Origin: the human T2T-CHM13v2.0 reference genome, Homo sapiens
Direction: 5' to 3' (one strand)
NCBI RefSeq assembly: GCF_009914755.1
Contig: NC_060928.1
DNA length: 64,000 nucleotides
Under the pieces are notes generated by a model that was not told the DNA's origin, searched no databases, and was given only the letters and a program-made list of their open reading frames with translations. The first letter of the stretch is position 1, and each line of letters opens with the position of its first letter. Position numbers and translations under genes: made by a program. Shown piece by piece: positions 29,602-42,266 of the stretch.

Positions 29602-29977
29602 TGTATTAGTCCATTCTCACACTGCTATGAAGAAATAACTGAGACTGGGTTCTTTATAAAGGAAAGAGGTTTAATTGACTCAGAATTCCACATTGCTGGG
29701 GAGGCCTCAGGAAACTTACAATCATGGAGGAAGGGAAAGGAGAAGCAGGCACCTTCTTCACAGGACGGCAGGACAAAGTGAGTGCAAGCTGGGAAATGCC
29801 AGACACTTATAAAACCATCAGATCTCATGAGACTTATTCACCATCCCTAGAACAGCATAGGGGAAACCACCCCCGTGATCCAATTACCTCCACCTGGTCC
29901 TGCCTTTGACACATGGGGATTATGGGAATTATAATTCAAGATGAGATTTTGGGTGGGGACATAACCAAAGCATATCA
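29602..29977 (-). mobile_element. MaLR solo LTR (MSTA/THE1-like)
   Basis: Termini tgtattagtcc...catatca; 5-bp TSD AGTAC at 29597-29601 and 29978-29982. Confidence 0.9.
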
Positions 29978-30617
29978 AGTACCATTTAGCCATAAAAAAA
30001 GAATGAGATCCTATCATTTGCAACAACATGGATGGAACTGGAGATCATTACGTTAAGTGAAGTAAGCCAAGTACAGAAAGACAAATATCACACATTTTCA
30101 CTTATTTGTGGAATCTAAAAATCAAAACAATTGAACTCATGGACACAGAGAGTAGAAGGATGGTTATCAGAGCCTGGGAATGGTAGTGGCAGAGTGGAAG
30201 GGAGATAGGGATGGTTATTGGTTACAAAAAAAAAGATAGAATAAATAAGACCTAGTATTTGATAGCCCATTGGGGTGACTATAGTCAATAATAATTTAAA
30301 TATACATTTTAAAATAACTAAATGAGTGTAATTGAAATGTTTGCTTGAGGAGATTGATACCCCATTTTTCATTATGTGATTGTTATGTGTGGCATGCTTG
30401 TATTGAAATATCTCATGTTAATACCTAGGGGATGGGTGCAGTAAACCACAATAGCACACATTTACCTATGTAACAAACCTGCACATTCTGCACATGTACC
30501 ACAGAACTTAAAATAAAAAATAAAATTAATTTAAAAATAAGGCCACTTTACATAGCTGTAATGAAAATATCACATGATAATTAATCAAGAGTTTCACTCA
30601 GTAATATCATTTCCTAG

Positions 30618-31893
30618 AGTGCAGAGAAAGTCAGCAATCATAACACTAGACAACAAGAAAGAAAATCAGCAGTTAACCAGTCCAAAACTCCCCTGCCTGG
30701 ACATTACAAAAGATCTCCATCCACCCACCTCAATAGAAGTTACATGGGTTCATATGCTTTTGTATCATCACTCTGTAAATATACACAAAGAGCTCCATCT
30801 TACCTTTGAGTTCCGAAAACAAAAGTCTGTACCTGTCAAATCTGTATCCTCCTTCATTGTAACAAAGAAGACAACTAATTATCTTCCATTGATAAGTGAG
30901 TAATTAAAGAAAAAAATCTGTCCAAAGTCTATAAGTCAGGCCTAAGTAAAGCACTAGCATCACTTGCACCAAACTCATCCACTCCAACCTGGCAAATTTA
31001 TGTCTCGTAAACGTGCAGGACCCTGCAAACCACACTGTCATAAACCAAAATTTATGACAAGGTCATCAGGCATTGAAGACATTGCAACTGGTGCCCCAAC
31101 CAGTGTAATCCCCACTGTCCTTGGAGCTACTATTAATTTAGCCATAATCACTTGTACTATATCCAAAAGCAAAACCTCTGTGTCATTAGCTAAAACTAGT
31201 TCAACTGCCACTGCAATTCAGGGATCAGATGCAACCACCAGCACACCTAAAACTCTATTCTCAATCACTGCTACCACAACCCTAATAACACAAATTACTA
31301 ACTCGGCAACAGGTGCTACATCCACAGTGCCTACTTCCACTGCAACTGCCCCAGCATCTATCTGTCCAGCCTCAGAGGCTGCTTCAGTGGAATCCACACT
31401 CCAAGGATCTGCCTCTCCCAGCACCACAAACTCCACAAACCCAAGGACTGGCTCCAATACCTTTTTAGCCTCTTCTTTCACCATTGCCTCTGAGTTTACC
31501 ACAGAGGACATAGAAGCTGAAACAAACACAGAGAATGATGCCACCCTCCCAGCCATAGGTGATTCCACCACTCAAGCCACCTCTACAACTTCAGCAAACA
31601 CAAGTTCCACATTCCCTCCCATTGCTGCCACCACTGCTGCTCCTATAGTCTCCACACCTGTTGGGGACACAACTGCAATAGGTGCCACAACCCTAGGGAT
31701 TTGTGCCACCACCAGTGAATATATCATGTCCACATCCTTGGGTGTGACAACTCCCACTTCTGCTGCTGCTGCAGCTCTGTCGTGTGCTACAACCTCATCC
31801 TCGGAATCTTTAGCTTCCAACTCTACCACTGAGGATAACATCAATATCCAGGCCTCCAAATTAATGACTCAAGGGGATAAAGCCATCATTTGA
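30618..31893 (+). pseudogene. Unit C large exon: mucin-like paralog of unit D lacking the Lys-rich domain
   Basis: 5' part aligns by eye with 42267-42620 (gtcagcaatca...cagtccaaa(a/g)ctcccctgcc). ORF 30964..31893 has GPCKPHCHKPK followed by a PTS domain colinear with ORF 44174..45538. Confidence 0.85.
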
Positions 31894-32390
31894 TGACACA
31901 CACCTACAGATGTCAATTGCACCTTATTTACTATTAGATTTGTATTAGATATATAATATATTCAAATTAAATTTTTGGTAGATCGTGTGAGATTGGGGTC
32001 AAGATTCCTTTTGTTTTTTCCATAGAGATATGTAAATGATCATGATTAATTTATTGAAAGGGCAACCTGTTTCTGTTTCTTCCTCCTTTGTCATAAATCA
32101 GAAAATTACGTGTACATTTCTCTATTCTATTGATCTAATTGACTATTCTTGCACGAATAGCATACTGACCTAATTACTATATATGAACAAAAAAATTGTT
32201 AACTGGTAGTGTAAATTATTGAGTTATTGCCTCTGCATTTTTATATAAACTTAAGACTTGACCTACCAGTTACAAAATGGTCTACAGTTCAGTTTGGGAA
32301 GAATTCACATTTTTAAAATATTGTCTTCCAATTTACGAATATGGTAGATCTCTCTGCTTTATTAGGTCATTTTAAATCTGCTTAATCATT

Positions 32391-33555
32391 GTGATAGACA
32401 GAACAGTACCCATCCCCAAAAGATATGTATGCCCTAATTCTTGAATCCTGTGAATATTTTATCCTTCATGGTAAAAGGAACTTTGCAAAAGTGATTAAAG
32501 TTTAGAAACTTAAAATAGAGGGATTATCATAGATTACCCAGGTGAGCCCTAATCACATTAGTCCCTTAAACTGGAAAAGAAAGGCAGAAGAGTGAGTCAG
32601 AGAGATGTGACATGAGAAGAACCATCCAGCTTTGATGGTGGAGGAAAGGGATAAGTCAAGAAATGCACCAGCCTCCAAAAACTAAAATTCCCCAGTTTAT
32701 AGCTAAAACAAAACATAATGAACCTCTTAGTTGTACAACCACAAGGAACTGTTCCGTCAACAGCTTGAATGAGCAGGAAATATTCTCCTCCAGGACCTTC
32801 AGAAAGGAATGTAAACTAGTTCAACCATTATGGAAGTCAGTGTGGCGATTCCTCAGGGATCTAGAACTAGAAATACCATTTGACCCAGCCATCCCATTAC
32901 TGGGTATATACCCAAAGGACTATAAATCATGCTGCTATAAAGACACATGCACACGCACACGTATGTTTATTGCGGCATTATTCACAATAGCAAAGACCTG
33001 GAACCAACCCAAATGTCCAACAATGATAGACTGGATCAAGAAAATGTGGCACATATACACCATGGAATACTATGCAGCCATAAAAAATGATGAGTTCATG
33101 TCCTTTGTAGGGACATGGATGAAATTGGAAATCATCATTCTCAGTAAACTATCGCAAGAACAAAAAACCAAACACCGCATATTCTCCCTCATAGGTGGGA
33201 ATTGAACAATGAGATCACATGGACTCAGGAAGGGGAACATCACACTCTGGGGACTGTTGTGGGGTGGGGGGAGGGGAGAGGGATAGCATTGGGAGATATA
33301 CCTAATGCTAGATGACGAGTTAGTGGGTGCAGCGCACCAGCATGGCACATGTATACATATGTAACTAACCTGCACAATGTGCACATGTACCCTAAAACTT
33401 AAAGTTAATAAAAAAAAAAAAAAAGAAAGGAATGCGGTCTGCTGAGACCTTTGTTTTAGTCTGTTAAAACTCACACTAGACTTGTGACTTTAAGAACTAT
33501 AACGTGATAAATTTCTGTTTGTGATCATTTGTTATGGCAGAACAGAAAACTAATC
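32391..33555 (+). mobile_element. MLT1-type LTR within an old antisense L1, split by a young L1
   Basis: MLT1 motifs (ccctaattcttgaatcctgtgaatat...ggtaaaaggaactttgca; tttgttatggcagaacagaaaactaat). Confidence 0.75.
32812..33423 (+). mobile_element. Young L1PA2/3-like 3' end
   Basis: Near-consensus ORF2 C-terminus (..KHRIFSLIGGN), 3' UTR and poly(A); TSD AGAAAGGAATG at 32801-32811 and 33424-33434. Confidence 0.93.
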
Positions 33556-33899
33556 AGTAAAGTTTCATATTTTTCAGTGTGGAGCTTTAACATATTTCAT
33601 TAGATTTAGTAGGTATTTGATTTTTATATTAGAAATGATAATTATTTTTAAATTTTATATTTTCATTGCTGATGTATAGAAATATCATTGATTTCATATG
33701 TTGACCATGTAATATAGTGATGCTTAGTAATGCTGATAATTTTCTTGTACATTTCTCTAAATCTTTTACAGACACAAACCTGCTGTCTGCAAATTATGAG
33801 AATTTTAGTTTTGTTCACTCTTTTTTTCTTAATTCCTTACTGCTCTAGCTAGGACCTCCACTACAATATTTTGCAGATGTGGCCATCAAGCATCTATTG

Positions 33900-34520
33900 T
33901 CATGCAGCAATAGATAAATAATACAAAATTTGGTATTTAGAAGTATACAAATACTCAGAAATGTGGAAGTGGCTTTGAAACCAGGCAGTGAATAAAGGCT
34001 GGAAGTATGTTAAGAAGCATGTTAGAGAAATCCTAAATTGCCTTGAGCAGACTTGCAGTAGAAAAGTATGGACTTTAAGGTCGCTGCTGGTGATAGGTCA
34101 GAAGAAAGTGAGGTACATGTTATTGGAAACTGGAGAGGTATCTTTGTTTCCTGAAGCTACTGGGAAAGAAGAAAATGTACCTAGTGAACTGCATGATCTA
34201 GATAAGATTTCCAAAGCATTAAAAGTATGTCTGGCTTCTTCTTGCTGCTGATAATAAAATGCAAAAGGACAGAAGTAAATTATAAACTGAGGGACAAACT
34301 GTTAAAAGGAGTTGGATTTAATTGTTTTGAAAATTCTCAGCCTCTCTTGACAGCAAGATATGCTGGATTTATGAAATGGCTTCCAAAGTTCAAATTAAAG
34401 GCACTGTCGGGAACATATGACCTAGCTGTAAAGCCAAGGGTATGCCTTTAATATTTGTTAAGACCTCAGGAAGCTCAAAGTTACTACAAAGTACTATTCA
34501 GTTACACAAAGAATGCTTTG
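33900..34520 (+). mobile_element. MaLR internal sequence fragment
   Basis: aaatgtggaagtggctttgaaac..ggcagt..aaaggctggaag motif typical of MLT/MST-int. Confidence 0.7.
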
Positions 34521-37335
34521 TAAGATATATATATATATATATCATATATATATTTGTTTTCCTTTCAAATTTTCTACTATCAAATCATTTTACACTGCTC
34601 TGTTTTCCTAAACTTGACACCTTAAGACAGATGAGTAAGCTGGCCTCAAACTCCCTTCTCTCATTATTGGATATAAATCACATGTCAGAAATTCTCCTAC
34701 TTTTTAAAAATCAACCTAACAGAAATACATCTAGGGTCATATTAAAATACCCAATAATTTGATAAGAATACTTTCAGGTATTCAACATTTTATTTCAACT
34801 TGATTGGTGTTTAAATAAGAAATAGCTAATAATCTCTTTTCTCCATATAAATAGCATGTTAATAAACAATGCATTTTATTTTTGATAACAAGAAGCTTGG
34901 TCTACTTTCCTAAAACTTGCTAAATGTACTTGAGTTCACATTGGAGAAGACAAGAATAATTTTTATATAAACATTAAGCTTATAATGTTATATGATAAAA
35001 AGTCCATATAAGGACCTTTCTTAAACAATTGTTAAATTTAAACTCAAATTTGGGGAATATGCACACCAAAGTCCTTAGCTGCTGACATTCTTCCTACTAC
35101 ATTCCAATATTCAATCAAAATAAAAAGATAAGTTGGAACGCCTAAGATAATTTTGACTTCATAAAGAAGAGTATGTGTTTAGTGTAAAAGAGAAAGGAGG
35201 CAAATTTTATTATGAATCAAAACAGTATGACAGTAGACGTATACATAATTTTGTTAACTTTAAAGTGATTACCTCAATTCTCAGAAAAAACAACATTGCA
35301 TATTGTTGTTGCACAGCACTTATTATAATATCGATTATCACGCAGGCACTCAGTGATTTAAGTGCAGCCAAGCTCTGACTTCTGATCTTTGTGAAGTTCT
35401 TGGAAAAAACGGTGAATGAAGAAAGTTTGTCCAAAAGAAATGGCTGAGTGGAAGCATACTTGCTCTGTTAATCAGAGTTCAATCGATCACAGCCACTCTT
35501 TTTTGTTGGTTATACCTCTTTCCAATAAATCATTATACCCTCACGGCAGGAACTGGGCCTGTCTTGTTTCCTATTGAATCCACAATGCCTGCTAAAAAAA
35601 AATGAATACTCAGTAAATATCTATTGAATGAATAAATAAAAGTTGTCATTCCAAATTCAGGAATTATGAGTTAAAAAATTACATTAAATATATCTATAAA
35701 TAAAAAATTATTGGGAAAATTCAACGCACAAGTTAAAGCTTAATATTTTTATGTAGTGCTACAGAGTTTGCAAAGCATTTCTGTGAGTATTCTAATTGAA
35801 TTTGACATCAACTTATTCCAGTAAATAGTAAATTAATTATTCTCTTTTTATAGATGAGAAACATAGCATTTATATATAAGTTAACCAAGCTCACATAGTA
35901 ATAAAATGACAGAGCTGAGAGTCAAACCTGGGCATTTTGAACTCAAGTTCAGTGCTCCTTTTTGTTATTCTAGGAATGCCTTGCAAAAGTTTTTGCTTTT
36001 CTTGTTCTTAAGTACACTGGTGATTTCTCACAGCTATAGTTGTTCAGAACCAGCACACGTACCATTGTTCTGCTGTGTAGTATAACATAGATGAATATGT
36101 GAAAATAATAAATAAATCACTATGGAATTAGAAAAACTATTATGCCCAGTGAAAATTACCTGCATTTCTCAGATGCATGGCCACAGCAATTGAAAAAGTA
36201 TTCAGAAAGTAGATTAGTAGATAATGTAATGCACGGTCTCCAAAATTTGGGAGATTCTAAGTCCACTGGGTTGTGAGGAGTTGGAATGGGGGTGCAGTTG
36301 GGTAGACACATTTCACAAATTCCCCTAACATAGGAACATTGGGCTTAAGTGCTTAAATATGTTTAACCTGATGGAGAAAACATTATTGATATCCTCTTAT
36401 TAAGTTATTGCAAATATTGGTTTATTCTTCAATCTATTAAACTTTAGAATATTGAGGAAAACTATAAAAATGTACTTGAACAATTTCCAAAAATTCTGAG
36501 ACATTTCACAATATATATGTCATTCTATAACTGTAAATAAGAAATTGAACCATTGTTTTCTTAAGATGAGTAATAAACATAGAAGCCATAGTGTTAATTT
36601 ATGAAGTTTCTTAATTATCAGATTTAACTATTGCTCTTTCCAAGTAAAAGATGAGATATGTTAACTTGGATAGGATGCTGCTAATGAAGATGATCAGAGG
36701 TGAACTGATTCAAAACACTATCTAGGAAGTAAAATGTAGAGAGGCTCTAGTGACTGATGGACATGGGAGGATAAGAAGAAAAGTCAAGACTGACTCAGGA
36801 TTCCAGATTATACTACTAGGTAAATAGCATACCATCTACTGAAAGGGGGAACACAGGAAGACATTCTATTTTGTGGGGAAATATCATGATGTAAACTGAT
36901 TCAGTTCAGACTCAGAGAAAAACACCAAGTGGTTTCAAAGTTTTCTGATTATGGTTCTAAAATGGATCTGTTGGCACCAAGGCCAGTGAAACTGATGACC
37001 CTACCATCACTGTCACAAGCTACATGCTCTCAGAGATTTTGTGAAACTTATTTATATTGAGTTTCCCTAAGTTAACTACAGACCACTTTTACTTTCCCTT
37101 TTTCTTTCACAAAATTCTGGTGCCAGAAGCCGTTTGTTCTGTGTACTTGTCTTAATAATCTGGCACCATGGAAACAGTGTCCATTTTCCACCAATACTAC
37201 TGTCATATTAGGAAATCAACGTTGTGTTCCTCAGAATTAGACTAGCACAGGTCAGAAATAGGTTTGATTATTCAATATATTTATTGCAATTTGTAGGTCG
37301 TCTAACAATGATGACTTATCAATAAGAAAAGTATG

Positions 37336-37641
<306 letters not shown>

Positions 37642-38264
37642 TTATAAAATATTTTCAGAAGAACATGCATAGCATCCTATAGACTAAAAATTATAAACTA
37701 GATAGAAGAAGAAAGGAAAACTCAAATAATATCACAGAATCTTAGAATCTCATGGAACCTGTTCTTGGAACATAATAATACATAGTACACCATGTCATAC
37801 ATCATACATATAGGAGTTGAGTTCTATAAAGCTGACCCCTGAATTTAATAGCACACTATGTACCTTCCTAGAACTCTCTATCCCACAACCACTGGGATTA
37901 TCCTAAATGATGGGAGTTGGGAGGGGATGGCAAGTGGGATGTGTGTGGCACTGAGTGGGTACTGGGTGGGTGAAGAACTTCTTAGTTATGTACAATTCCT
38001 AATCAAAGATGAAATGCTTTCTTCGGGTAAGAATTTAAATAAAAATATTAATCTCATTAGCAAACTGAATGGGAAAACCTAATTTTTTAGTAATTGCAAA
38101 GAATGATGATATTTTCAAAAAATGTATCTGTTAAGTTTTAATTTCGTATCCACATTTTAAGTTTAACTTCAGAAAAATATTTTTTCTTTATTCTTAAAAT
38201 ACCAGTGAAATTTGTATTTGGTATCACCTAGCAGTTTGGTTAAATTCATTCTCTCACCATTTAT

Positions 38265-41200
38265 TCTTGGTAGATTGTATGTCTAGGAATTTATTGATTT
38301 CTACTAGGTTATTCAATCTTTTGGCATAATTTGTTCATAGTAATCTCTTATGATCTTTTTATTTCTATGGTATTCATTGTAATGTCTCATCTTTTATTTC
38401 TAATTTTATGTATATGAGTCTTCTTTCTTTTCTAAGTTAATCTAGATAAAGTTTTGTCTATTTTATCTTATTAAAAAACCAACTCAGTTTCATTGATCCT
38501 TTGCAATAGAGATCTTTTGGATTCTCTATTTCATTTATTTCTGCTCTGATCTTTATTATTTTTTTCTTATTCTAATTTTGGGCTTAGTTTTTTCTTTTTC
38601 TAGTTCCTTGAGGAGTTAAGTTTTTTACTTGAAGTCCTCTTTTTTATTGATATAGGCATTTATTGCTATAAATGTTCCTCTTAAAACTTTTTCTACAACC
38701 CATACGTTTTGGTATGTTGTGTTTTTATTTTTGTTTGTCTCAAGATTTTTTTTAATTTCTTGATTATTTCATTGGTTGTCCCATAGCATGATGTTTAATT
38801 TTCATGTATTTGTGAATTTTCCAAAATTCCTCCTGTTATTGATTTCTCATTTAGTTTCATACCATTGTGGCTGGGAAAGATACTTTATATAATTTCAATC
38901 TTCTTAAATTTTCTAAGACTTGTTTTATGGCATATGATCTATCCTGGAGAATGCTCTATGCATGCTTGAGAAGAATTGTGTACTGTTGCTGTTGGATGAA
39001 ATGTTCTGTATATGCCTGTTAGGTTGATTTGGTCTGAAGTGTTGTTCAAGTCCAATAATTTTTTATTTATTTGACCTAGACAATCTGTCCGTTGTTGAAA
39101 GTGGGGTATTAAGGTTAGAATTTGTATCATTTTATAATGTATATCCCTTGACAATTTATTTTAGCTATAGTTGTTATTAATAATTTTGTCTTTTAACACT
39201 CACACTGGTGAAATAATTGTTTTATGGACTACCATTACAGTCTCATGGTATTTTTAATGTGGCTCTACATTATTTATACCATTGAGTTTTGTGTTCTCAT
39301 ATGTTTTATGTTATTAACTAGTGGCCTTTTGTTTCAGCTTAAAGAACTCCCTTTAACAGTTTCTGTTAGGCTGACCTGGAGGTGATGAACTCCCTTAGCT
39401 ATTGTTTGTCTGAGCAAGTTTTTATTTCTTCTTCATTTCTGAAAGACAGCTTTTCTGGGTAAATTATTCTTAATTGGCAGTTTTGCTTTTTTCCTCCAGC
39501 ACTTTGAAAATATCATTACACTCTCTCCTGGCTTAAAGGATTTCTGCCAATAAATCCGCTAGTAGTTGTATTGTGACTCCTTTATACATGATATGTTTTT
39601 TATTTCTTGCTGCCATTAGAATTTTTTTATTGTCTTTGACAGTTTGATTACTAGTGTCTTGGTGAACTCTTTTTTGTGCTAAATTTAATTGGTGACTTCT
39701 ATGCTTCTTTTACATGGATGTTGGCATCTATCCCCAGATTAAGGAAGTTTTCAGTCACTGTTTCTTTAAATCTGCTTTCTGGCCCTTTTTTTTTCTTTAT
39801 TCTCCATCCTATTATGCCAAGTTTGGGTCTTCTTATGGTGTCCCATAATTCCCATAGACTTTCTTCATTCTTTTTTATTCTTTTGACTTTTTGGTCCTTT
39901 GATTGGATAATTTCAAATATTCTATCTTTAAGTTCACTGATTCTTTCTTCTGCTTGATTGAGTCTTCTATTGAAGCTTCCTATTGAATTTTTCCATTTAG
40001 TCTCCATCTATAGGATTTCTATTTGGCCTTTTTGTTGCTTATAATTTTGTCAAACTTCTCACTTTGTGTATGTTTTTCAATTTTTTTTAATTTTCTATGA
40101 TATATTCTCGCAGTTCATTGAGCTTCTTTAAGAGGAGTATGGCAAATTCATCATCAGTTATTTAATAGATCTCTTTCTTTAGGGTCCATTATTGGAGTTT
40201 TATTAATTTTTTTGGCGGGGGGACTTACTATAATTCCCGAATTTTCATAATTCTTGTGTCCTTGCATTATTGTGTATGCAAATGAGGAGACAGCCACCTC
40301 TTCTGGCTTTTATGAGTGTTCCTTGGCAGGGATAGACTTTTACTATTTAGTTTAACCTGTGACTCTGAAGGGTCAGATGGTGACAATGCCAAGAAGGGAG
40401 TTTGTTGTGAATTATCTATTTGGCTGAACTGCTGTCTTTGTTCTGATGTTAGGTTGGGCTGCTGGCTGTGCCCCCACTCACTCAGAAGACCAGGCAAAGC
40501 TGATGGCTAGGTACTGTGATGGCATTTGGTCAAACTGAAAACAGGATGTATTCCCTGGTTGGGTGACTTGCTAGTTAAGACCTGTAGTTGGACAGATATA
40601 CAGGCTGGGGTCCAAGGTTAGGCAAAGAGCTTTGAACATGTGGGACCAGAGGCTATTCTCCATAGAAATGCATGATTGAGCCTGTAATCCCAGCAATTTG
40701 AGAGGCCGAAGTGGGCAGATCACCTGACGTCAGGAGTTTGAGACCAGCCTGGCCAACATGGTGAAACCCATCTCTACTAAAAACACAAAAATTAGCTGGG
40801 TGTGGTGGCAGGCACCTGTAATACCAGCTACTCAGGAGGCTGAGGCAGAAGAATCACTTGAACCCAGGAGGCGGAGGTTGCAGTAAGCCGAGATTGCACC
40901 ACTGCACTCTAGCCTGGGTGACAGAGCAAGACTCCAAAAACAAAAAAGAAAAGAAAAGAAAGAAAGAAAAGAAATGCATGATTGACTATTGCTTCCCTGC
41001 CTTGTTGGCACAAGGAGGTGGGCTTTGTGGCTGAGCTGAGCCTCTCTTTGGCCTTGTGGGTCAATCAGTTCTAGCCCCTACAATTGGCATGGAAGTGCAT
41101 GGAAGCAGACATTTCCCTGCTTCAGCAGAGCTGTAGAGTGAGTTTTGTGACAGGGTTGAGCTGCTCTTTGGCTTTCCAGCTCAAGCAAGCCTAGTAATTC

Positions 41201-42100
41201 CTACACTCCAAAATGTGCAGAGGTGGGCAGCTCTCTGCCTGGGCAGAGACATGGGGTGGGCTTTTGGCTGAATCAAGCTGGTATTTGACCTTAAAGAATG
41301 AGAGAATTTAGCCCCATGCTTCTCCAATAGGCACAGAGGTAGGCATCTCCCTACTAAGGCAAGGTCACAGGGTGGGCATTTGACTTAGTAGAGCTGCTAC
41401 TTGGCCTCCCAATTCAAGCAAACCTAGCCCCTATGCTTCTCTGAAATGCATGGAGGTTGATGGACAGACTATTTGGCTAAGCTGATCCACTCTTAAAACT
41501 CTTTAAACTATCTGCATACTTCTCTGAAACATACAGAGGCAGTTGTCTCCCTGCCTGGGCAAGGCTAGGCATGCAGACTAGCTGTTTAGGGATTCATGCC
41601 AGTTGAACTTCCCACCATGCCTCTTAAAGTAAACAGCTCAGCTTTGCAGGTGGGCTATGTAGTTAGCTGATATCTCTGATAGGGTACCACAATTGGTAGC
41701 AAAACAGAGGTGTCACCAAGATCTTCATGTTGGTCTCTGTGAGCCCTGCTTCCTTTACTTTTTTCTACCTGACTCTAGGAGGTCTAGCCAAGCCATTACC
41801 CCAGTGTTTCCCATTTCTTTTTCCCCTGTAGAAACCCTGGGCCCAGGGAAGTCCTGTCTGTGTGGCATTGTTCTAACTTGAGGGAGGGGGAAGGGCAACA
41901 CACTTCACGTGAGACCATCCTTCTTACCCTTCTAATTTAGTTTAATTTATTTTCATCCATTTCTATGGATTATGCAGGTTTCCCAGGCCTGTTTCCAAGT
42001 ATTGGGGTTCTTATAAAGAAGTTATAGTCTGTGGATAATTGCTAGTTGAACTTTCTGTTGGGGGAGTAAAGTCTGAGACTTCCTATTTCACCATCTTGTT
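38265..42100 (-). mobile_element. Old antisense L1 (5' region, ORF1, endonuclease start) with nested AluSx at ~40680-40970
   Basis: Minus-strand ORF 39699..40007 is L1 ORF1-like (LNQAEERISELKDR..LWDTIRRP) and 38939..39154 is EN-like (IYRTFHPT). Alu TSD AGAAATGCATGATTGA. Confidence 0.85.
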
Positions 42101-42266
42101 CTATTTTAAGTTTATATTGCAATTTATTCTAAATTAAAATACATTCAAAACCAAAACTCCTCCTAATCTAAAGAACAGACCAGCTACAGCAACTAAAATG
42201 AAAATATGAAACAATAATTGATTCAATGCCTCTCTTGGTAATATCTTCTATTCTCTGCCCCTGCAG

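Noticed and set aside
35970-36040. KFLLFLFLSTL as a signal exon for unit D
   Set aside because: No in-frame ATG, and the apparent acceptor lies in the end of a MIR.
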